From the NCBI GenBank assembly GCA_965648905.1, contig CBFGIT010000041.1, positions 1 to 21,035 on the forward strand: a stretch of DNA of 21,035 nucleotides. The letters run 5' to 3'. This DNA is from a candidate division WOR-3 bacterium. Lineage in GTDB: Bacteria > Hydrothermota > Tepidihabitantia > Tepidihabitantales > Tepidihabitantaceae. The notes beneath the pieces were generated by a model. The model made no database searches, was not told the DNA's origin, and saw only the letters and a program-made list of their open reading frames with translations. The first letter of the stretch is position 1. Each line of letters begins with the position of its first letter. The position numbers and the translations under genes are program-made. Positions 1 to 8,284 of the stretch are shown here, one piece after another.

Positions 1-49
1 CATCGTCAAAGCCACGGGACCATCTCCTTTCAGAGTTAGAGATGGTCAT
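1..49 (-). CDS. 5' end of an unidentified gene leaving the window on the left; start is either ATG at 49 or GTG at 15 (different frames)
   Basis: Minus strand reads GGAGG-cacaat-ATG (MTISNSERRWSRGFDD...) and also AAAGGAG-N8-GTG (MALTM...). Too little sequence to identify the product. Confidence 0.4.
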   Translation of the reverse strand, partial: MTISNSERRWSRGFDD

Positions 50-62
50 ATTGTGCCTCCGT

Positions 63-134
63 TTCGAGTAGATTTCCTATGTGAGGCAACGGGGTGGCTT
101 CGAGTAGATTTCTCGTGAGGCAACGCGGCGGGTT
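63..134. repeat. Imperfect tandem direct repeat, 2 units of ~35 bp
   Basis: TTCGAGTAGATTTC at 63-76 and 99-112; GTGAGGCAACG at 81-91 and 115-125; similar tails GGGTGGCTT and CGGCGGGTT. Confidence 0.9.
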
Positions 135-160
135 GACACGCGCCGGCGCTTGTCTACAAT
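133..160 (+). promoter_or_regulatory. sigma70-type promoter
   Basis: TTGACA (133-138), 16 nt, TACAAT (155-160), 9 nt upstream of the GTG at 170. Confidence 0.7.
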
Positions 161-169
161 TCACCACCT

Positions 170-550
170 GTGTACAAGATAAAACTAGATGTCGGTGGTG
201 TCGTGCTCGACGGCACGCTGGACGATTCCCCGCTTGCCGAGCGAATCGTCAGACTCCTGCCTTATGAGGCCATGGGTGAGACCTGGGGCAAAGAGGTCTA
301 TTTCCCGGTGGCCCTGCACGCTGAGAATCCGAAGCCGGTTACCGAGACCAGAGTAGGCGATATCGCCTATTGGCCGGATGGGCCGGACCTGTGCCTTTTC
401 TTTGGGCCCACGCCCAAGAGCACTGGCGAGACGCCGGTGACGGCGAGTCCGGTGACGGTAATCGGCACATTCCGGATAGAGCCCGGGGACCTGGACCGCT
501 GTGAACGCCGTCGCCATGGCATCAGGGTTCGTGTCGAACAGGCGCAGTAG
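170..550 (+). CDS. Cyclophilin-like fold protein (TM1367/DUF369-like)
   Basis: 126 aa with WGKEVYF and GDIAYWPDGPDLCLFFGPTPKS...ASPVTVIG, typical of the family. Confidence 0.85.
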   Translation: MYKIKLDVGGVVLDGTLDDSPLAERIVRLLPYEAMGETWGKEVYFPVALHAENPKPVTETRVGDIAYWPDGPDLCLFFGPTPKSTGETPVTASPVTVIGTFRIEPGDLDRCERRRHGIRVRVEQAQ

Positions 551-577
551 CCACCCGACCGCGCCATCCTCTGGTTT

Positions 578-650
578 GGGGCAGTAGCTCAGTTGGGAGA
601 GCGCCAGAATCGCACTCTGGAGGTCGCCGGTTCAACTCCGGTCTGCTCCA
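578..650 (+). tRNA. tRNA-Ala (anticodon CGC)
   Basis: GGGGCAG/CTGCTCC acceptor stem with G3:U70, D-arm TAGCTCAGTTGGGAGAGC, anticodon arm CCAGA-ATCGCAC-TCTGG (CGC at 611-613), T-loop GGTTCAACTCC, discriminator A650. CCA is not encoded. Confidence 0.97.
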
Positions 651-696
651 TCCTCGCGCCGTTCGCTATTCCGAATGATTGCCGCAAGGAGGATTC

Positions 697-1287
697 GTGT
701 CGATAATCCTGCCCAAGTATGTGTTCCTGACCAAGGGCGTCGGGGTGCACCGTGAGAAGCTCGCGAGTTTCGAGGCGGCACTGCGCGACGCCGGCATCGC
801 GGCGTTCAACATCGTTCGGGTTTCATCGATTTTCCCGCCCTGCTGTCGGATTATCTCCCGTACCCGGGGATTGAGGTTGCTGACGCCCGGGCAGGTGGTC
901 TTCGCGGTCGTCAGCGACAATGCGAGCAATGAGCCGCACCGGCTGTTGTCCGCCTCGGTCGGTCTGGCCATCCCCAAGGACCCGCGCAAGTACGGGTACC
1001 TGTCCGAGTACCATTCGTTTGGCGAGCGCGAGGATCGGGCCGGTGACTATGCTGAAGACCTGGCCGCCCAGATGCTTGCCACAACTCTGGGCGTGCAGTT
1101 CAACCCGGACACAAGCTACGACCAGCGTAAGGAGATATGGAAAATCTCCAACGAAATCGTCCGAACCCAGAACATCACCCAGAGCGCAATCGGCCACAAG
1201 GCTGGATACTGGACCACGGTTCTGGCTGCGGCGGTGCTGATTACCGACTTGCCCGAACAGCACATCGAGGACAACTCCGAGTCCTAG
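697..1287 (+). CDS. pdaD: Pyruvoyl-dependent arginine decarboxylase
   Basis: PKYVFLTKGVGVHREKLASFEAALRDAGIAAFNIVRVSSIFPP contains the Ser-Ser self-cleavage site; also GYLSEYH and WTTVLAAAV. Start moved to GTG 697, just after AAGGAGGA (686-693). Confidence 0.92.
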   Translation: MSIILPKYVFLTKGVGVHREKLASFEAALRDAGIAAFNIVRVSSIFPPCCRIISRTRGLRLLTPGQVVFAVVSDNASNEPHRLLSASVGLAIPKDPRKYGYLSEYHSFGEREDRAGDYAEDLAAQMLATTLGVQFNPDTSYDQRKEIWKISNEIVRTQNITQSAIGHKAGYWTTVLAAAVLITDLPEQHIEDNSES

Positions 1288-1317
1288 CCCGGGTCTTCGG
1301 TCTGCGGCCGTGCTGCG

Positions 1318-2481
1318 TCAGTAGAGCTGCCGGAGCTCGACTTCCGCGTAGTAGTGCATGAGTATCTGCCGGAAGCTCGCACCGGCTCGGGCCATACCGA
1401 CCGCGCCGTCCTGACACAGACCGAAGCCGTGGCCGTGGCCCCGGCCGGCAATGGTGACGCCAGCGCGGTCCAGTCTCAGTTCGATGTTCTGCGACTTGAG
1501 GCCCAGGGCGGTCCGGAAGTCCGCGCCGGTCAGCTTCACTTCGCCCTTGTCGGTGGCGAATCTCAGATAGCGCACACGGCCGGACTTCGGGTCTCGGTCA
1601 GACGTGACGCTGCGGATACGAATTCGAGACCTGCCTGCTGCCCGGCTCACTGCTGCTTCAAGGCTGTCACGGCTGAGCTTCACTTCCCAAGAGTGACCAG
1701 GTCGGTCAGCGCAGTAGGCCTTCTGTCCGGGTCCTGGTGCGTCAAGTACACCCCGAAGAAACGGCTGGAATCCGTCTGAAGTTCTGCCGCCGCAGTTGGC
1801 GTGGTAGAGCGCTTCAGCCACGTTGCCGTGGTAGAAGAGGACCTGGCCGCGGGTGGCAAGCACGGCCTGGCGTGCGAGCTCGGTCTCCCTGCCTGCTCCC
1901 TGGTATTCCTGGTCGCGCAGGTAGGTGTCCCAGACGTCATGGCCCTGGTAGCGGTGTCGGGCGATCCGTGCGAGCGTGAAGCTGCGTGCGGCCACAGCCT
2001 GGGCTTTGACCGCTTCAGCAATGGTCTGGTCCACCGCGCTTATCTCACACGGCACAACACCGTAGAGATACTCCTCAAGCGGCAATACGTTGACGACAAC
2101 CAGTTCTCCGGTGCTGGCAATGAAGGCGAGTGCACTGCCCCGGTACTCACGGTCTCCGATTCGGACCCGGCCGCTGGTGGATGGGTTGCAGACGAACGTG
2201 TCCTGCAGGCGCTGCTCAGCTCGGCCCGGCAGGCCCAGGAAGCCGGCACGGATGACCGCCGCCTCGTTCGGCCCGAGCATGTACGAGGAAGAGCCGAGCC
2301 TGACTTCAAGGCCGGCCGAGCTGGTGATGCGCACCGGGTCCCCGGTGCTCAGTCTCACCCGGACCAGGGGCGCGCCTGACGGCGTCTCCCGAGCCAGGAC
2401 TGCCCTACGCACCGGGGTGTAGTAACAGCACCCGGCCAGCAGCAGTGCCAGTCCGGGCAAGAGCCGCAGCAGTGGTCTCAC
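1318..2481 (-). CDS. SpoIID/LytB domain lipoprotein (lytic transglycosylase-like)
   Basis: Lipobox LAGC; VNVLPLEEYLYGVVPCE, EAVKAQAVAARSF, YHANCGG, GHGHGFGLCQDGA..MA, ILMHYY. Confidence 0.92.
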   Translation of the reverse strand: MRPLLRLLPGLALLLAGCCYYTPVRRAVLARETPSGAPLVRVRLSTGDPVRITSSAGLEVRLGSSSYMLGPNEAAVIRAGFLGLPGRAEQRLQDTFVCNPSTSGRVRIGDREYRGSALAFIASTGELVVVNVLPLEEYLYGVVPCEISAVDQTIAEAVKAQAVAARSFTLARIARHRYQGHDVWDTYLRDQEYQGAGRETELARQAVLATRGQVLFYHGNVAEALYHANCGGRTSDGFQPFLRGVLDAPGPGQKAYCADRPGHSWEVKLSRDSLEAAVSRAAGRSRIRIRSVTSDRDPKSGRVRYLRFATDKGEVKLTGADFRTALGLKSQNIELRLDRAGVTIAGRGHGHGFGLCQDGAVGMARAGASFRQILMHYYAEVELRQLY

Positions 2482-2489
2482 AAGGTCCG

Positions 2490-2518
2490 AATCTATCCGA
2501 GGGTTGTGCCCGAGTCAA
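2490..2518 (-). promoter_or_regulatory. sigma70-type promoter for the SpoIID/LytB gene
   Basis: Minus strand TTGACT, 17 nt, TAGATT, 8 nt before the GTG start at 2481. Confidence 0.55.
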
Positions 2519-2537
2519 ACCGGGCAGCGTGCCGCGC

Positions 2538-2566
2538 TTTACACCGGCTCTTCGTCGTTCTAGAAT
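2538..2566 (+). promoter_or_regulatory. sigma70-type promoter for rbfA-truB-ribF
   Basis: TTTACA (2538-2543), 17 nt, TAGAAT (2561-2566), 5 nt before ATG 2572; no Shine-Dalgarno. Confidence 0.65.
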
Positions 2567-2571
2567 AGACC

Positions 2572-2970
2572 ATGCACCACCGGGACAGACGAGTCGCCGA
2601 TGCCATCAAAGAGACAGTGGCTGAGATTGTTGTGAATGAGCTTTCTGACCCTGGGCTTGGTTTCGTCACGGTAACACGCTGTCATCTGACCCGGGACTTG
2701 CGCGTCGCCACGGTGTTCTTTTCAATCATGGGTGACGACAAACAGCAGGAACGGTCATTTGCCCACCTGGAACATGCCCGGGGCTATGTGCGCCGGCGTC
2801 TGGGCGAGCGGGTCAGGTTGCGCTACCTGCCTGAATTGCGCTTCCGGCGCGATGACATCCTTGCCCAGGAGATGCGCATCAGCGAGATTATCTCGGACCT
2901 GCATCAGGCTGACGCTGACGTGACCGAAGAATCCAGAGCCGACGGTCACGCCCCGGATGGTGCGAGCTGA
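2572..2970 (+). CDS. rbfA: Ribosome-binding factor A
   Basis: RVADAIKETVAEI, DPGLGFVTVTRCHLTRDLRVATVFFS, LRYLPELRFRRD; upstream of truB. Confidence 0.96.
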   Translation: MHHRDRRVADAIKETVAEIVVNELSDPGLGFVTVTRCHLTRDLRVATVFFSIMGDDKQQERSFAHLEHARGYVRRRLGERVRLRYLPELRFRRDDILAQEMRISEIISDLHQADADVTEESRADGHAPDGAS

Positions 2971-2975
2971 CTTCG

Positions 2976-3869
2976 GTGCTGCGTGGGGTCCTCGTTGTCG
3001 ACAAGCCGGCCGGGATAACGTCGTACGACGTTATCCGCCGCGTGCGCCGCGAGCTCAAGTCTGAGTATAGTCGTGTACCGCCGATCGGCCATGCCGGCAC
3101 GCTCGACCCGATGGCTTCGGGTGTGCTGCTGATCCTGCTGAACGAGGCGACTCGACTGAGCCGCTTCTTGATGGCTCAGACCAAGGAGTACGATGCCGAG
3201 GTAACATTCGGTCTGGGGACTGACACCGACGATATCACCGGCCAGGCTGTGTCGCGCTGTTCGGTGCCGGAGGTAACCCAAGAGCAGATGCGGGCCGCCC
3301 TGGCCGGCTTTGTCGGCACTATTGAACAGGTGCCACCGCGCTACTCCGCTCTGAAACAGAACGGTCAGACCATGTATAAGCTTGCCCGCCAAGGCCGTCC
3401 GATTCAGCCCAGGACGCGCCGGGTCACAGTGCATGCACTGGAGCTGCTTGGTTGGGAGCCGCCAATCGCGCGCCTGAGGTGCGTTGTTTCTTCGGGCACA
3501 TACATCCGTGCCCTGGCCCGGGACCTGGGAACAGCACTGGGCAGTGCGGCAACACTTTCCCAACTGGTTCGAACCAGAGTCGGCCGGTTCGGCCTTGAGC
3601 TTGCGTTGCCGCTTGATGAAATCAGTCCGGCTATTATCAGCGAGCGACTGGTGCCGGTTGAGCGGGCCGTTGCCGAGCTTTGCCTGCTGACTGTCGACGA
3701 GAATAGTGGTGCAGCGCTACGTGCTGGTCGGCCTGTCCTCTGCGAAAAACCGAATGCGGCCGACGGCTCGGCACTGGTGCGCACTGCTAGCGGCAAAGCT
3801 CTGTATCTGGTCCGAGTGGCCGGAGGCTGGCTCCACCCGGAGCGGCTGGTCTATGCCGACCAAGCCTGA
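2976..3869 (+). CDS. truB: tRNA pseudouridine(55) synthase
   Basis: VDKPAGITSYD, GHAGTLDPMASGVL, QVPPRYSALK, SSGTYIRALARDLG. Confidence 0.97.
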   Translation: MLRGVLVVDKPAGITSYDVIRRVRRELKSEYSRVPPIGHAGTLDPMASGVLLILLNEATRLSRFLMAQTKEYDAEVTFGLGTDTDDITGQAVSRCSVPEVTQEQMRAALAGFVGTIEQVPPRYSALKQNGQTMYKLARQGRPIQPRTRRVTVHALELLGWEPPIARLRCVVSSGTYIRALARDLGTALGSAATLSQLVRTRVGRFGLELALPLDEISPAIISERLVPVERAVAELCLLTVDENSGAALRAGRPVLCEKPNAADGSALVRTASGKALYLVRVAGGWLHPERLVYADQA

Positions 3870-4806
3870 GTCGTCGGTTCCGCTGGTTGTTGCCGTGGGC
3901 GGGTTTGACGGGGTACATCTCGGCCACCAGCAGATCATCTCCCGGGCCCTAGAGCTGGCAACTGAATTGGGAGCAAGTCCTGGGGTCATGACATTCGATC
4001 CGCTCCCGGCCCAGCTCATCTATCCTGACTTCACTTACGTTCTCACCCCGCTGGCTGAGAAGTCCCGGCTCCTTGCTGAACTCGGAATTGAGACCGTGCA
4101 TGTGGTTCGGTTTGACCAGGCCGTACGCCTGATGTCGGCCGAAACATTTGTCCGCGAGGAGATTGTCGGCAGGCTGTCCCCGGTAGCAGTCGTGGTCGGT
4201 CATGACCACCGTTTCGGCAAGAGCGGCCAGGGCGATACCGAGCTGCTTGGGCGCGTGCTGGGTGGGCAGGGGGTCAGGCTTGAAGTGGTGCCGGAGTTCG
4301 TTCTGTTCGGCGGGCCGGTACGCAGCACACGCATCCGCGAGCGGCTTCTGCTCGGGGACGTGCGACGGGCTGCTGATTTGCTGGGTCGGTACTACACGAT
4401 GAGCGGAACGGTGGTGCCGGGCACGGGTACGGGCCGCAAACTCGGATTCCCGACCCTCAACCTGCGGCCAGACGAACGGGAGACACTGGTTCCGGCCGAC
4501 GGCGTCTATGTCGCTCGGGTGAGTCTGGGCGGCTGCAACCATGATGCGGTGCTCAACATCGGTCATCGCCCGACTTTCGGCGGCGAGACCCGAACCATCG
4601 AAGCGCATCTGCTCGATGTTGGAGAAGAGGTATCCGCGCACCGCGCATCGTTCGCGGTGATCGACCGGATTCGGCCGGAGCGGCGGTTCGACACGGCCTC
4701 GTCGCTCGCGGCTCAGATTGGTCGGGACATCGAGCACGCGCGCCGGATACTGGCCACGGTCACGTCGGCTAACATTGACACAACGCCAGAACCGACTAAG
4801 TTATAG
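3853..4806 (+). CDS. ribF: Bifunctional riboflavin kinase/FAD synthetase
   Basis: GGFDGVHLGHQ, VVGHDHRFG, GRKLGFPTLNL, NIGHRPTFG, IEAHLLD. Start taken as ATG 3853 (overlapping the truB end), not 3706. Confidence 0.95.
   Translation: MPTKPESSVPLVVAVGGFDGVHLGHQQIISRALELATELGASPGVMTFDPLPAQLIYPDFTYVLTPLAEKSRLLAELGIETVHVVRFDQAVRLMSAETFVREEIVGRLSPVAVVVGHDHRFGKSGQGDTELLGRVLGGQGVRLEVVPEFVLFGGPVRSTRIRERLLLGDVRRAADLLGRYYTMSGTVVPGTGTGRKLGFPTLNLRPDERETLVPADGVYVARVSLGGCNHDAVLNIGHRPTFGGETRTIEAHLLDVGEEVSAHRASFAVIDRIRPERRFDTASSLAAQIGRDIEHARRILATVTSANIDTTPEPTKL
4775..4802 (+). promoter_or_regulatory. Putative promoter for the downstream envelope operon, within the ribF 3' end
   Basis: TTGACA (4775-4780), 16 nt, TAAGTT (4797-4802); GGAGG RBS at 4851-4855. 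Confidence 0.45.
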
Positions 4807-4864
4807 CCCTTGTTGTTGTGACCCCTATGTCAGCACTTGCATTGTCATCCGGAGGCTCTAGTTC

Positions 4865-6265
4865 ATGACTCTATTCCACATGATGAACGTCATCCTGACG
4901 TTCTTAGTCGGTCAGGTACCGACGCCTGATTCGCTGGTCGTGCCGGTGATTACCGACACGACGGTCGAGACCGAGATACTGATTTTCCCGCCCAAGGACG
5001 TGGCGCTACCGGTATGGTACCAGGTCGCATGGGGCGATGGCGACACGCTTGATTGGACCGGGCCGATTAAGAGTCCGGTTGACATCAGCCGGTTCCATAA
5101 GTACCACCAGCCTGGGGAGTACGCTATCCAGGTGCGAGCCCGGGACGGTCTGAATCGCACGACTGACTGGGGCAAGCCTTACTTGATTACCGTGACCGAA
5201 CCGGTTCAGAAATGGTATTTTGAGACAACCGACCCGATTGTTGCCTCGCCCGCTTTAGACGCGAACGGCAACATCTACTTCGGCGACGAAAGCGGCAGAT
5301 TCTACTCACTGACCCCGGACGGCCGGCTGCGCTGGACCTTCATGGCCAAGGACGCGGTCTACGCCTCGGCACTCGTCAGCGGCAGCCTGCTCTATGTCGG
5401 CTCGGTTGACTCGAATCTGTACTGCCTTGACACGCTGGGCAAGCTGCGCTGGCAGCTCGACCTCGACGACGAGGTTTACAGTGCTCCGGCGCTCGGACAC
5501 GACGGCACGGTCTACGTCCCGACCGACGGCGGCAGACTCTGTGCGGTCGCGCCGAACGGCAAACTGCGCTGGGTCTTCAAGGCCGGGGATGAGATGGCAT
5601 CATCGCCGACAATCGGCACAGACGGACTCATCTACGTCACGGCTGACTCGGTCTATTGCCTGGACCCAAAGAAGCGTCGGCGCTGGGCATTCGGAACTGC
5701 TGATGGCGACTATTTCTACGCCTCAGCCGTGGTCGATGCTGCGGGCACAGTCTATGTCGGCAACACCGACGGGTACCTTTACTGTCTTGGTCGAGATGGC
5801 CGGCTGCAGTGGCGTGCGCCGGTCCCGGACCAGGATGAGGTCCGCTCTGAGATTGCGTTCACCCCGGACAGTACTCTGTACTTCGGTACCGACGGTTATT
5901 ACCTCTGTCGTAAGACTCAATTCGGCACGCCCTCCGTTGTCTACGAAGCAGACGACATTCTCATTGCCACACCGGCAATCAGCGACAAGGGCACGGTCTG
6001 GTATCTGCCGGACGACGGCGTGCTCTACGGTCTGACCCCAGGCGGCCGGCTGCTCTGGAAGCGTGACGTCGCGGCCGGCAGCAAAGAGATCTACTACACC
6101 TCGTCCCCGACCATCGCACCGGATGGCACAATCTACGTCGGTTCCTGGGACTCAGGGCTGTACGCTTTTCGCGGTGACGGCCCGCCTGCCAAAACGCTCT
6201 GGCCCCAGTACCGCCAGAATCCCCAGCACACTGGCCAGGTGCCGCGGCCGGGCAAGAAGCGTTAG
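4865..6265 (+). CDS. PKD-like domain plus PQQ-like (BamB-type) beta-propeller repeat protein
   Basis: N-terminal WGDG...HKY..PGEY.IQVRARD (PKD-like), then repeated SP.I..DG.IYVG..DG.LY.L..DG.L.W blades; C-terminal WPQYRQNPQHTG. Confidence 0.85.
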   Translation: MTLFHMMNVILTFLVGQVPTPDSLVVPVITDTTVETEILIFPPKDVALPVWYQVAWGDGDTLDWTGPIKSPVDISRFHKYHQPGEYAIQVRARDGLNRTTDWGKPYLITVTEPVQKWYFETTDPIVASPALDANGNIYFGDESGRFYSLTPDGRLRWTFMAKDAVYASALVSGSLLYVGSVDSNLYCLDTLGKLRWQLDLDDEVYSAPALGHDGTVYVPTDGGRLCAVAPNGKLRWVFKAGDEMASSPTIGTDGLIYVTADSVYCLDPKKRRRWAFGTADGDYFYASAVVDAAGTVYVGNTDGYLYCLGRDGRLQWRAPVPDQDEVRSEIAFTPDSTLYFGTDGYYLCRKTQFGTPSVVYEADDILIATPAISDKGTVWYLPDDGVLYGLTPGGRLLWKRDVAAGSKEIYYTSSPTIAPDGTIYVGSWDSGLYAFRGDGPPAKTLWPQYRQNPQHTGQVPRPGKKR

Positions 6266-6304
6266 CCGTTTCTGCCATGCAGCCTGCGACCAAAGGAGGC
6301 CTGA

Positions 6305-6982
6305 GTGTTTGATATCTTCTTCTCGCCGGCAAAGGCATTCATGCGGCTGAAAGACAAGCCGCGCTGGTTCGTGCCGCTGATTATTGTCGTGGTTGCAAGC
6401 ATGGCCGCGGCCATGGTCACGACTCAATTCGTTGACTGGAAAGAGCAGCGCAACAAAGCGGTCGAACGGATGCGCGAACGCAACATGTCCGAAGAGGACA
6501 TCGGAAAGGCGACTGAAGGCATGGACCGACTGTTCAGCAGTCCCCTAGTTCGCTACGGCAGCCCGCTCGTCAACAGCCTGCTCATCACCTCAATCGGTCT
6601 TGTCGTACTGGCGCTCATTTACAACGTGATGGTTCCTTTACTCGGCGGCACCGGCAGTTTCGTGCGCTCGCTTGCCGTAGTGACGAACGCAGCCCTTGTC
6701 ACCGTGCCCGGCTCCCTGCTCCGCATCGTCCTCAGCCTCCTAACCCGCTCGGCTGAAGCCACGACCAGCGCCGCGGCGCTGTTGCCGGGTTCAAAGATCG
6801 GATTCCTCACGGTAATCCTCGCCCGCCTCGACCCGTTCGCAATCTGGCAGCTCTTTCTCGCCGGGCTGGGCCTGTCGGTTGTCTTTGACTTGAAGGGTTC
6901 CAAGTCGTACTGGCTCGTGTTCAGTGTCTGGGCGGTTGTTACGCTCATCTTCGCTTTCCTCGGCGGCCGCGCGATGCGCTGA
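6305..6982 (+). CDS. Yip1 family membrane protein (YknW-like)
   Basis: MFDIFFSPAKAF..LK.KP.W.VPL N-terminus, about 5 hydrophobic segments, LDPFAIW motif; AAAGGAGG RBS. Confidence 0.82.
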   Translation: MFDIFFSPAKAFMRLKDKPRWFVPLIIVVVASMAAAMVTTQFVDWKEQRNKAVERMRERNMSEEDIGKATEGMDRLFSSPLVRYGSPLVNSLLITSIGLVVLALIYNVMVPLLGGTGSFVRSLAVVTNAALVTVPGSLLRIVLSLLTRSAEATTSAAALLPGSKIGFLTVILARLDPFAIWQLFLAGLGLSVVFDLKGSKSYWLVFSVWAVVTLIFAFLGGRAMR

Positions 6983-6988
6983 GCTGTC

Positions 6989-8272
6989 ATGCTCGTGCTA
7001 CTCTTTCTGCTGACCGGTGCTGGTGACACACTCGAGTTGTCCCTGAGCCAGGCGCTCGAGCGGGCACTGAGGCTGAGCCCGGTCGCAGTTGAAGCGCAGG
7101 CTTCGCGCTGCGCGAGCGGCATCAAGCTGGCCCAGGGGACTACCGGGCTGCTGCCGGTGCCGTCGGCCTCAATCAGCCATGGCCGAACCCAGACGCGGCT
7201 CAGCTTCCTGCCTGACTCAGTTATCTCAACCACGGGCTGGACCGGCTCCCTGACTTTGAACCAAGTCGTGTTCGACCCGCAGGTGTTTGCCGGCGTGGCC
7301 GCGGCCGTGGTCTATTCCGGTTACTATGCTGCCGATGCCCAAGACAAGAAGGCGCGGCTGGTCTACGAGGTAACCCGGGACTATCTCGCGGTGTTGAGTG
7401 CCTGGCTCCTGCGCGACGCTGCGGCATCAGCACTCGACCGAGCCGAAGACAACCTGAAGCTCGCTCAGGAGAAGCGGCGCCTCGGCTCAGCTTCGCCGCT
7501 CGACGTGATCCGTTCTTCTGCCTTTCGCTCCCAGGCCGAGGTTAATCTTCTCTCAGCCGAGAAAGCGCTGGCCACAGCCCAGACCACTTTCCTTGCCACG
7601 GCCGGAATCACTGATGACATCGTGGTCAAGCCCACCGAGGGACTTTCTGAGCCGGCCGGTTTTGCGGTGCAGAACCGCGACAGCTTGATTGCCGCCATCG
7701 TCCGAGCCAATCCCGGCGCCCGGCTCGCGGCCTCGTCCGCGGTTGTAAGCCAACTGAACCAGGCCGCGGCCGTGGCCCGCGCCTTACCATCGGTGTCAGC
7801 CTACTGGACCTCAACCTATGCTGATACCCTTTTCCCATCCAGCTACGCGCGCTGGAACGATAGAGATGAGGTGGCCTATGGAATCCGCTTTAGTTTCCCT
7901 TTGCTTGACATCAAGTCCTATGTGCTCGGCATTGCCGAGGCTTCAACTGATGCCCGTCGGGCTCGGGCCGGTGCGGCCCGGGCACGGCTTTCAGTGCGCT
8001 CGGCCGCAGTTGCCGCGGTGCTCGGCTACGAAGAAGCGCACCAGCGCTATGACTACGCCCGCCGAAACCTCGAACTGAACCAGGAGCTGTACCGCCTGGC
8101 CCAGGAGCAGCAGCGCCTCGGCGCCATCTCGCTGCTCGATTTCTTCAGCGTTCAGACCGGTCTGTCTCAGGCGCAGGCTGCCTACATTTCGGCCTTGAAC
8201 GACACCTATGTCCAGGCCGCGCAGATCAGCTACCTGCTCGGGCGGGCGGAACAAGGGCCGGCCGGGAAGTAG
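6989..8272 (+). CDS. TolC family outer membrane efflux protein
   Basis: LSLSQALERALRLSP start and two OEP-like helical repeats (G.AS.LDV; GAISLLD); adjacent to MFP and ABC genes. Confidence 0.88.
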   Translation: MLVLLFLLTGAGDTLELSLSQALERALRLSPVAVEAQASRCASGIKLAQGTTGLLPVPSASISHGRTQTRLSFLPDSVISTTGWTGSLTLNQVVFDPQVFAGVAAAVVYSGYYAADAQDKKARLVYEVTRDYLAVLSAWLLRDAAASALDRAEDNLKLAQEKRRLGSASPLDVIRSSAFRSQAEVNLLSAEKALATAQTTFLATAGITDDIVVKPTEGLSEPAGFAVQNRDSLIAAIVRANPGARLAASSAVVSQLNQAAAVARALPSVSAYWTSTYADTLFPSSYARWNDRDEVAYGIRFSFPLLDIKSYVLGIAEASTDARRARAGAARARLSVRSAAVAAVLGYEEAHQRYDYARRNLELNQELYRLAQEQQRLGAISLLDFFSVQTGLSQAQAAYISALNDTYVQAAQISYLLGRAEQGPAGK

Positions 8273-8284
8273 ATTGGAGTTGAC

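Noticed and set aside
63..134. CRISPR array
   Set aside because: Only two directly adjacent imperfect units, no unique spacer and no cas genes.
3706..3852. N-terminal extension of ribF
   Set aside because: Deep overlap with truB and no family similarity; ATG 3853 gives a normal length.
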